Positions 56,504 through 64,000 of a stretch of 64,000 bases of DNA are shown one piece after another (positions within the stretch are counted from its first letter, which is position 1; every line of letters starts with the position of its first letter). A program made the position numbers and the translations under genes. The DNA comes from an uncultured Bdellovibrionales bacterium (lineage in GTDB: Bacteria; Patescibacteriota; Minisyncoccia; Moranbacterales; UBA1568). Location of the stretch: contig CAYTED010000002.1 of NCBI GenBank assembly GCA_964436855.1, positions 13,925 through 77,924 of the forward strand. The letters run 5' to 3'. The notes under the pieces were generated by a model. It was given only the letters and a program-made list of their open reading frames with translations, did not search any database and had not been told where the DNA came from.

Positions 56504-58615
56504 ATGAATTTCAAGCCGCTTTTTGAACCGAAATCCATTGCGATCGTCGGCGCTTCCACCGAGACCGGAAGTGTCGGGAACGATATCGCGAAAAATATCT
56601 TATTTGGCGGATATTCCGGTGATGTTTTTTTGATCAATCCCAAAACAACCTCTCTTTTCAATCGGGAGTGTTTTCCAAGTGTAAGCGCCATTCCGGAAAC
56701 ACCTGACCTTTCAATCATTATCGTCCCGGCAAAAATCGTCCCTGCCGTTCTTCGTGAATCCGGCGAAAAAGGTATCCACGCCGCCGTTATTATTTCCGCC
56801 GGATTTCGTGAAACCGGAGAAGAGGGTGCGGAGCGGGAAGAAGAAGTCATTGCGATCGCAAAGGAATTCGACATCGCGCTCCTCGGGCCAAATTGTCTCG
56901 GATTTCTCAATCCCGCGATCAAACTCAATGCCTCATTCGCTTCGGAAAAACTCTCCCCGAAGACAGGTTCGATCGCTTTTTTCTCACAATCAGGCGCGCT
57001 TTCGACCGCACTTCTTGATCTCGGGAAAAACGAACTCGGGTTTTCGGTGTTTGCAAGCATCGGAAACAAAGCCGTTCTTCGTGAAGCTGACTTCCTTTCT
57101 TTTGCGAAAGACGATCCGAAGACACGCATTGTCGCCCTGTATTCTGAAACCATCGAGAACGCTTCGACGTTTATCCATGCCGTTCGCGAACTTGCCGCCC
57201 TCCCCCAACCAAAACCAGTCATTATCCTGAAATCCGGAACAACAGAAGCGGGCGCATCGGCTTCAAGCTCGCATACCGGCGCACTCGCCGGAAGCGATAC
57301 CGCCTATCAGGCTCTTTTCAAGAGTGCCGGCGCTCTCCGGGCAAACAACATCAATCATTTAAAAAATCTCCTTTCGGTTTTTTCAAATAATCCGCTTCCG
57401 AAAGGGCGTCGGATCGCCGTCATCACGAATGCCGGCGGACTGGGTGTTCTCGCAACCGACGCGATCGTTACATCGGGACTTACCCTTGCGAAACTCTCTG
57501 CCGAAACAAAGGCACGGCTTTCCGAATTTCTTCCAAAGGCCGCAAGCACCGCAAACCCGATCGATGTCCTTGGCGATGCAAAAAGCGATCGTTATGCGAA
57601 AACACTTGATATTGTCTCCACTGACCCAAATGTCGATATGATCGCCATAATCGTTACCCCGCAAAGCATGACCGAGCCATCAGAAACCGCGTCCGCAATT
57701 ATCCAAACACATTCCGTCTCTCAAAAACCCATGGTCGCAATTTTCTCCGGAAAAGACGCACTCGAAATCGGACGTACGAAACTTATTTCTTCCGGTATTT
57801 CCACTTATACTTACCCCGAGGAAGCGATTGTTGCGCTTTCGGATTTCGCGTCATTCGCGCTCCGCGATCAAACGGAATCACTGATTGTCCCGGATTCCAT
57901 TCCGGGGATTGATCTTGAATCCGCTCGAAACATTATTGATTCGATTCAAAAAACCGGACGCACACATTTTTCCGAAAGCGAGGGCTACAAACTTCTCTCT
58001 CTTTATGGGTTTCCAACGCTTCGAAGTTACGATGTTAGCAGCACTTCCGAAGCGCAAGCCGCCGCGGGGATGGTCGGCGGACCCGTTGCAATGAAAATCA
58101 ATTCTCCCGATATTCTCCACAAGAGCGATGTTGGCGGAGTTCTCCTTGATATCAATCCTGAAAAAGCGGGCGATGCTTATGAAAAGCTCCTCCGCATTGT
58201 TTCAAAAAACGCCCCCTCGGCGAAACTTAGTGGCGCGGTCGTCGTCGAAATGGCAAAAAAGGGTGGTATCGAGCTTATTCTCGGCATCAAAAAAGAACCC
58301 GGACTTGGGACGCTTGTTCTGGTTGGGCTTGGCGGTATTTTTGTCGAGGTATTCAAAGACGCTTCGTTTCGTTTTGCGCCGGTAGCGCATTCCGAAGCAC
58401 TCAAAATGCTCCGCGAGCTTCGCGCCTTCCCGATTCTCGAAGGAACGCGCGGGAAAGAAGGTATTCATCTCGATGCGGTCGCGGACGCCATTGTCCGCCT
58501 CTCACGACTCGCTTCTGACTTTCCGGAAATTTCCGAAATCGATATCAATCCTTTGCTCGCATTTTCAAATCCGAAAGACTTCCGCATCCTCGACGCTCGG
58601 ATTCTGCTTAAGTAG
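56504..58615 (+). CDS. ADP-forming acetate--CoA ligase (fused alpha/beta)
   Basis: IAIVGAS, GPNCLG, SHTGALAG, NPIDVLGDA, HKSDVGGV and IDINP motifs. Confidence 0.95.
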   Translation: MNFKPLFEPKSIAIVGASTETGSVGNDIAKNILFGGYSGDVFLINPKTTSLFNRECFPSVSAIPETPDLSIIIVPAKIVPAVLRESGEKGIHAAVIISAGFRETGEEGAEREEEVIAIAKEFDIALLGPNCLGFLNPAIKLNASFASEKLSPKTGSIAFFSQSGALSTALLDLGKNELGFSVFASIGNKAVLREADFLSFAKDDPKTRIVALYSETIENASTFIHAVRELAALPQPKPVIILKSGTTEAGASASSSHTGALAGSDTAYQALFKSAGALRANNINHLKNLLSVFSNNPLPKGRRIAVITNAGGLGVLATDAIVTSGLTLAKLSAETKARLSEFLPKAASTANPIDVLGDAKSDRYAKTLDIVSTDPNVDMIAIIVTPQSMTEPSETASAIIQTHSVSQKPMVAIFSGKDALEIGRTKLISSGISTYTYPEEAIVALSDFASFALRDQTESLIVPDSIPGIDLESARNIIDSIQKTGRTHFSESEGYKLLSLYGFPTLRSYDVSSTSEAQAAAGMVGGPVAMKINSPDILHKSDVGGVLLDINPEKAGDAYEKLLRIVSKNAPSAKLSGAVVVEMAKKGGIELILGIKKEPGLGTLVLVGLGGIFVEVFKDASFRFAPVAHSEALKMLRELRAFPILEGTRGKEGIHLDAVADAIVRLSRLASDFPEISEIDINPLLAFSNPKDFRILDARILLK

Positions 58616-59315
58616 CTCTTTTTCTCGCGATTATTCGAAAAAATTTATCGTGTTCCAACAGGACATCGAATGTTCCAAATTTTTTTCGTATCTCTTCTTC
58701 ACCATTGGTACTTTTTCGTATATCGAGAATAAGTACTCCGCCTTCATTAAGTCGATCGTATGCCTGATCAAGATACGTAGAAATCGGATAGTGAAATCCC
58801 CACGAAATAAGGGAAAGGATAATATCGTACGAGGCATTAAATGGAATATTGTTATTTGGTGTCACTTCCGCATAGTGAATTCTCGATCGAGGCACATTAT
58901 TCTCAACAAGAAACTCTCCTGCAGCACCCAAAGAGTTGTAAAACGATCCTGTCTTTTCAAAATTATAATGGATTGATTTTTCAACGATTGTTTTGTCGAG
59001 AAGAAAAATATCAATAACATTTCCATAATGTCGTGACAGAAATATATCAATACCGGCAACACCGCAACCGATATCAAGAATAGCCTTAGCGCTTTTCGGA
59101 AGAACACTCTTGATATTTAAAAATTCTCGATTCATGTCGGCTTCGAATTCTTTCTTTATTTTTTCTGAAAAAAATACGGATTTTAGAAAAATCGTTGCGT
59201 GGTAGAGAAATCGTACGCGTCCGATTTTGGTGAGAAAAAGGAAGAATATATTCTTTCCGGCATATTCCGTTCTTTGGTACAGAATATATGGAAGAAGTGT
59301 ATCGGAAATATTCAT
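58608..59315 (-). CDS. Class I SAM-dependent methyltransferase
   Basis: ILDIGCGVAG and YDIILSLISWGFHYP motifs. Confidence 0.88.
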   Translation of the reverse strand: MNISDTLLPYILYQRTEYAGKNIFFLFLTKIGRVRFLYHATIFLKSVFFSEKIKKEFEADMNREFLNIKSVLPKSAKAILDIGCGVAGIDIFLSRHYGNVIDIFLLDKTIVEKSIHYNFEKTGSFYNSLGAAGEFLVENNVPRSRIHYAEVTPNNNIPFNASYDIILSLISWGFHYPISTYLDQAYDRLNEGGVLILDIRKSTNGEEEIRKKFGTFDVLLEHDKFFRIIARKRAT

Positions 59316-60490
59316 ATCGATTGCATTAATTTTGTCAGCAAAACTATATATTCATCTTCTTTTCCAAATTTCTTCCAAGCTTGCGCTTGAATCTCTTCAG
59401 GGGTTAGATAGGTATTTTTTCCAGTCAGATATTCAGAAACTGCTCGCTCGAACTCCTCTGGATTTTCGGCGAGATATCCGGTTTTTCCATTCTCAATAAT
59501 TTCCGACAACGCCCCTCGTTTAAGCGCGAAAAACGGTTTTCCGAACGTAATCGTCTCGAGTGCGGTTAAACCGAACGGCTCTGGATTCTCCGATGCCGCA
59601 ACAACACACGCGGCATTTTGAACGAGAAAATTCAACTCCTGACGCGATCGCATACCAAGATAGAGAGTTCCCGATTCTTTCTCCGGGTCATATCCAGATT
59701 CAATACGTCCCGCAAGCACAAGCGGTAGCCCGATTGATTTCGCAAGTGAAAGAAGTGTCTGAATTCCTTTTTCATACGAAATAGCTCCATAAGAAAACAG
59801 GTATCGGTCCGGTAGCGAAACGTTGCTCGGTGCTTGGACCCCTGATTCTCCTTTTGGAATGAAATGGTGTAACAAAAATATTTTTTTCCGCGGAATACCA
59901 AAATCGATCAAAACATTGAAAACGTACCGACTCGGAACTACAAATTGATCAACGTAATCATACAAACGAAACATATCTTCCCAGTATTTTTTAAGAACGA
60001 GAAGGAGTCTTTTTCCGAATCCATACTTCTTCACAAAGAGAAATTTCCAGTAGTGCTTTCCAATATCCCGATAGTAAATATCTTTATCCGGAGAAACGAG
60101 CGCATAGTCATGCACGGTCATCACGAGTGGTATATTTGCCTTCTTTACAAGCGGAAAGAAAGCGAGAGAGAGTTGATGATACGCATTATGCACGTGTACT
60201 ACATCGGGCTTGAAATTTTGACAAAGGGAGTGCATTTTTTTCCTTGCCTCAAATGACCAGAAAAGCCGTCCGATGCCAATCAATCGTTCAAAAAAAGTTG
60301 AATCATTGCGATTGTACCCCACATACGAAACAAAATATTTTTCCCACTCGGACGGAATGTTTTCTTTTGAGTGCATCGAAAAATGCGCGACCGTATGCCC
60401 GGCCCGCTCAAGAGCAGCAATCAGGTCAAAGTAGTGCCGCGATGTGCCGCGACGGAAAAAATGAAATTTGTTAACCTCGATAATTTTCAT
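59312..60490 (-). CDS. Glycosyltransferase family 4
   Basis: PDVVHVHN, MTVHDY and EPFGLTALE motifs; start set at ATG 60490. Confidence 0.93.
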   Translation of the reverse strand: MKIIEVNKFHFFRRGTSRHYFDLIAALERAGHTVAHFSMHSKENIPSEWEKYFVSYVGYNRNDSTFFERLIGIGRLFWSFEARKKMHSLCQNFKPDVVHVHNAYHQLSLAFFPLVKKANIPLVMTVHDYALVSPDKDIYYRDIGKHYWKFLFVKKYGFGKRLLLVLKKYWEDMFRLYDYVDQFVVPSRYVFNVLIDFGIPRKKIFLLHHFIPKGESGVQAPSNVSLPDRYLFSYGAISYEKGIQTLLSLAKSIGLPLVLAGRIESGYDPEKESGTLYLGMRSRQELNFLVQNAACVVAASENPEPFGLTALETITFGKPFFALKRGALSEIIENGKTGYLAENPEEFERAVSEYLTGKNTYLTPEEIQAQAWKKFGKEDEYIVLLTKLMQSI

Positions 60491-61974
60491 ACGTTTCCGG
60501 TTTTCGAGAAAAATGTTTTTTTGGAAGAAGCGTTTCGATGAAGGAGTGCCCCGATCAATCCGAGGGTAATCCAAAAGAAAAACGTGAGGTTGTTTGACTC
60601 AAGATACGGCTGAAAGAGAAAAGCAATCCCAAAAAATACGAGAATGGAAAGCAATATTCCCCTCAACAGAAACTCTTCACTCGATACGGACAATTTTAAT
60701 TGTAACGATTGAATAATAAAGAGAAAAAAGGAGAAAAGAAACAAGATACTGCCAATTGCTCCGGTTTGTACGGCAATTGCAAACCAAGAATTATGAATAC
60801 TCCGAACCTCCACGATCGCTCGGTAGTCTCCAAGTTCAACCGGAACATTCTCTCCAAGTCCGACGCCAAAAATCGGGTGTTCGGAAAATTCCGAGAATGC
60901 ACTTCGCCAGACGGATCCGCGCCATGCCGCGCTTTCGTCGACTCCGGAATCCGTTATCGATACGACACGCTCAAAAAACGATGAAACACCTTCAAAAGCT
61001 CCACGCGAAAGAGAACTGTTTGGAGCAAGAGTTAGTACAGAAAGACCAATTACACCAACGAGCGCAAACACTCCGCATATCGTCCCGATATTCCGAATCA
61101 TTTGCGATTTTGATTCTCCGGAAAAAAACAGAAATCCCGCAAGCAAGGCAGCAAGAAGCGCGATCCAGAGATGACGCATTAATGAGCCGATAATCCCTAT
61201 CAGAAAAAGTGCCGGAACAAAAGTGGTAGCAAGAAAACGAAATCGATCAAAGACTATATTTTTCCGAAAAGTGGTAAAGAAAAAAAGCATTATAAACGCG
61301 AGCGAGAAATAGAGTGCGTGTCGAAAGCCAAGGAGTCGGGATCCGGACGTGGAAAGCGGATTATATTCCGTCCACAACCCATTCCCCCGTACAACACCGA
61401 TCACGAGAAACAGAAGCGCAACAATTGTTGAATATAGGAAAATTTTCCCAAGCTGCATAGCATCTTCTTTTTTGGAAAATATCCGACTGATGGCAAAAAA
61501 TATCATTCCGTAAAAAACATAGTTCTTCCACATACTGAAAGCAACCGGAATATCGGAAAAATCAAAGAAAAAAACGGAAACAAGAAATAAGAGGGAAATG
61601 TGCATAAAAAACGCAAGGAGGAACCACTCCGGAAGAGAAAAAGAGATTCCTCGAAATCGATTTCGTATGGCTTGGGTAAAAATCGAAAGATACACACCGA
61701 GAAGTACTGCGTCCAGTGGATAGAATTTGATAATTGCATCGTTCAACACAAGTGGCTGCTGCGAGAAAAACCGCTCAAAAAAAATCATTGCAACTACAGA
61801 AGTCATAATGCCGATTTTTGGAAAAAGAACAGAAATGGAAAATATAATCCCTGATGCCGCGAGAAACAAAAATGCTGGTATGTTTCCAATAGCTACATAA
61901 TAAAAAGATATCCCACAAAGAAGAAATGTGAGCCCAAAGAAGAGGATGTTGTTTTTTGTAAAAAGGTTGTTCAT
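60487..61974 (-). CDS. O-antigen ligase/Wzy-like polytopic membrane protein
   Basis: About 12 TMs; SAAWR..W, HPIFGVGLG and HNSWF motifs. Confidence 0.88.
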   Translation of the reverse strand: MNNLFTKNNILFFGLTFLLCGISFYYVAIGNIPAFLFLAASGIIFSISVLFPKIGIMTSVVAMIFFERFFSQQPLVLNDAIIKFYPLDAVLLGVYLSIFTQAIRNRFRGISFSLPEWFLLAFFMHISLLFLVSVFFFDFSDIPVAFSMWKNYVFYGMIFFAISRIFSKKEDAMQLGKIFLYSTIVALLFLVIGVVRGNGLWTEYNPLSTSGSRLLGFRHALYFSLAFIMLFFFTTFRKNIVFDRFRFLATTFVPALFLIGIIGSLMRHLWIALLAALLAGFLFFSGESKSQMIRNIGTICGVFALVGVIGLSVLTLAPNSSLSRGAFEGVSSFFERVVSITDSGVDESAAWRGSVWRSAFSEFSEHPIFGVGLGENVPVELGDYRAIVEVRSIHNSWFAIAVQTGAIGSILFLFSFFLFIIQSLQLKLSVSSEEFLLRGILLSILVFFGIAFLFQPYLESNNLTFFFWITLGLIGALLHRNASSKKTFFSKTGNV

Positions 61975-61996
61975 GGGGTCTTCTTTATTCTAGCAG

Positions 61997-62038
61997 AAAA
62001 AAATCCGAGCCCAAGGAAAAGATTCTTCCTTGGGCTCG
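61997..62038 (-). terminator. Terminator of the lipoprotein gene
   Basis: CGAGCCCAAGGAA..TTCCTTGGGCTCG stem with T7 on the minus strand. Confidence 0.8.
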
Positions 62039-62056
62039 TAAGGCCGATTCCGCGAA

Positions 62057-63070
62057 TTAATTCTTCTTCGCGGGAGCGGCGGGCGGCGGCGTGACCGAAT
62101 CGGCAGCAGGAGTCGCCTTCACGACGTTCAACTGTGGAACGTCGACCCAGACGCCGTTCAGGCACTGGATCAGAGTTTTCCCATCCGCTGCCAAAATCGG
62201 TGGGTTCCCCTGCCGGCAAGAACTCCCTGCGACCGGAGTAGCTGGCCTCCGTTGCTGCGTCGCTTGTGCCGCGACACACTTGTTTTCGCCAGTTTTTTCG
62301 TTGATCTGGCGAATCGGTCGCCCCTTTGGGCAGGCGGGTAATGCCGGCGCTGCCGCAACCGAAGCAGAAACCGCAGCCGGAGGCTGTGGCGCCGCTTTCG
62401 GTACGATCGCTGACGGGCTTGCGGCAGCAACAGCGATCGTCGCCCCGGGAACCGGTGCCGGACCGGGACCTTGGTACGCCCCATGAAAACCACAGAGCGC
62501 CACACCACCCGGAACGAGCGTACTCACGTACATCGAACCACCGGTGTCGGAACGCGTGCAGACGTTCTGCCCACGCACGACGTTGTCCTGGGCCGGACTT
62601 ACCGTCGTAAAGAGCGGGCGGCGCGACCCGTCAGCGTTCGGCTTCCCGTACAACTGGAAGCCGCCGTTCCCCAGGAGAACGAACCCACAACCGTTCGTCA
62701 CGGTTTGATCCGCCGGACGGAGGTCACCCTCCGCCCCGGTCTTCCGCTTGCTCCCGGTGTCGAGAACAAACGCGACCGGCTCGGGCGCGTTTTCCCAACA
62801 GAGGGCAACCCCTTGCTGGGATTGCACCGTCGCCACCCGCGTCGGGTTCGTCGGGTTCGAGTACATGAACCCAGCGCGACGCGCCGAGGCGGTACTGACC
62901 GCTGCGGCAGCAGGTGTCGCCGCCGGAGCAGCAACCTTCTCCACAACCGGCGCCGGCGGATTCGCCGTCGCACAGCCGGAGAGGATCATCATCGCACTGA
63001 TCAGGATCGGTGCGACGTACTGCAAGAACCAGTCCGCCGAAACGAACCGAGCTACTACTCGTGCGCTCAT
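62057..63070 (-). CDS. GC-rich Ala/Pro/Cys-rich putative lipoprotein
   Basis: AGGAGG SD; lipobox LSGC; multiple Cys; visibly higher GC than the flanks. Confidence 0.75.
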   Translation of the reverse strand: MSARVVARFVSADWFLQYVAPILISAMMILSGCATANPPAPVVEKVAAPAATPAAAAVSTASARRAGFMYSNPTNPTRVATVQSQQGVALCWENAPEPVAFVLDTGSKRKTGAEGDLRPADQTVTNGCGFVLLGNGGFQLYGKPNADGSRRPLFTTVSPAQDNVVRGQNVCTRSDTGGSMYVSTLVPGGVALCGFHGAYQGPGPAPVPGATIAVAAASPSAIVPKAAPQPPAAVSASVAAAPALPACPKGRPIRQINEKTGENKCVAAQATQQRRPATPVAGSSCRQGNPPILAADGKTLIQCLNGVWVDVPQLNVVKATPAADSVTPPPAAPAKKN

Positions 63071-63154
63071 GGTATGCCCTCCTAAAAAGCGCGTTGAAAA
63101 AATGAAACAACTCTTGCCTCTTCGGGAAATATTTCATCCCAAAGATGACCCTGA

Positions 63155-63183
63155 ATACTAGCAGGAAATAGCAATTCTGTCAA
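63155..63183 (-). promoter_or_regulatory. sigma70 promoter of the lipoprotein gene
   Basis: TTGACA-17-TAGTAT on the minus strand. Confidence 0.65.
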
Positions 63184-63210
63184 GTATCAGATATGTATCA
63201 AAAAAATGCC

Positions 63211-64000
63211 TTATACTGGCTTTTTTGCAGTAAGAATAGTAGCAAGCGTCTCAATATCCTCAAGAGGCTTTTCTTGGTATGGCGAAGCAAGATATAACCG
63301 AACTTCCTTTGTATACTCTCGAGAACACTTCAAAAAAGGAGTTAGTCGGATTTCATTGTAACCAATATGTTCGCAAAAATTCCGATAATCATCCTGCAAA
63401 AAACGATTCGGTGATCCAGGGAAAGCAAGAAAGCTCCGGTATACCCACTCGGAATAACGGTATATGTTTAACGGATCCTCTTTTTTTACAAATCGATTGT
63501 GTGTTTGAAAGTCGATTTCGTGTATCATAACCCCCCCAGGAGCAAGAAGAGTGAATAGCTCGCGAAATACCTGCTCGGGATCAAAAAAATGTTCACAGGC
63601 AGCACGGCTGACAATAATATCAAATGTCTCTTTAATTTCCATTGAAGATTCTTCGGCCTCAACTTTTTGATAAGAAAAAATTTCTTTATTTTCAATCGAA
63701 GAAAGAGCGTGTTCAAAGAAATTTCCCGATCGATTTTTTATTTCTAAAGAAACTTCTGCGAGGGCCTCTTTCTTTGGCAAAGTAGCCAGTGGAAATCGAT
63801 CGATTGCAAGAAAGCGACTCGCTCCTCGCGCAAGGTACACAATACCGGAATAGAGATCCGGTCCCGGGCCAAGTTCCAAAACTTTTTTTCCTTCAAAAGA
63901 AAAAGTTCCCGATGTTTTTGAGGTGATTACTTCGAATCTCTCGACTCCCTCAAGCGCATACATAAAATCCTGATCGATATTTTTTCCCGATCCGTGACGA
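63211..64000 (-). CDS. Class I SAM-dependent methyltransferase (5' end probably beyond the window)
   Basis: VLELGPG, FDIIVS..CEH and LAPGG motifs; frame open to the window edge. Confidence 0.88.
   Translation of the reverse strand, partial: RHGSGKNIDQDFMYALEGVERFEVITSKTSGTFSFEGKKVLELGPGPDLYSGIVYLARGASRFLAIDRFPLATLPKKEALAEVSLEIKNRSGNFFEHALSSIENKEIFSYQKVEAEESSMEIKETFDIIVSRAACEHFFDPEQVFRELFTLLAPGGVMIHEIDFQTHNRFVKKEDPLNIYRYSEWVYRSFLAFPGSPNRFLQDDYRNFCEHIGYNEIRLTPFLKCSREYTKEVRLYLASPYQEKPLEDIETLATILTAKKPV

Noticed and set aside
1-64000. Alternative genetic code (UGA=Gly, as in Gracilibacteria) or selenocysteine
   Set aside because: Conserved genes are full length under code 11, and several (cysS, corA, recR, ftsW) end at TGA at the expected position.
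1-64000. Diversity-generating retroelement or retron
   Set aside because: No reverse transcriptase ORF, and no template/variable repeat pair was noticed.

Overview
A 64-kb chromosomal window from a Patescibacteria/CPR (Parcubacteria-like) genome. The lineage is inferred from gene content: short HrcA, AlaRS lacking C-Ala, an FtsA-like plus baseplate-J-like gene pair, DUF4012 and ADP-forming acetate-CoA ligase. The genetic code is standard (code 11) and most genes lie on the minus strand. Core content: hrcA-grpE-dnaK under a CIRCE operator, yidD, corA, cysS, dnaB, recR, rplU, alaS, pfkB-family kinase, eno, pgk, mraY, D,D-carboxypeptidase, scpAB, rpmA, pyrG, rplI, tRNA-Ala(CGC), queA, secA, hpf, engB, murB, murC, murG, ftsW and trmD, plus a surface-glycan cluster at 51.7-64 kb. 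Most notable accessory signals: (1) a ~9.4-kb array downstream of secA of nucleotide-modifying genes (3 Nudix including an HD-Nudix fusion, MazG-like, deaminase, 2 NDT-like, ASCH, methyltransferase, kinase-like), two of them frameshifted; (2) a self-contained mini-operon of small Cys-rich ORFs with a G7 frameshift; (3) an actin-like ATPase paired with a membrane protein carrying a baseplate-J-like domain; (4) palindromic elements inserted in frame into secA and trmD; (5) a ~165-nt hairpin between a consensus promoter and rpmA; (6) a 38-bp palindrome present twice with its central dinucleotide flipped; (7) tRNA-Ala 3' remnants, one interrupted by a repeat; (8) a GC-rich lipoprotein with a PilV-like Cys motif. 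No CRISPR array, transposase, integrase, reverse transcriptase or rRNA was seen. All family calls come from motif recognition by eye; no searches were run.
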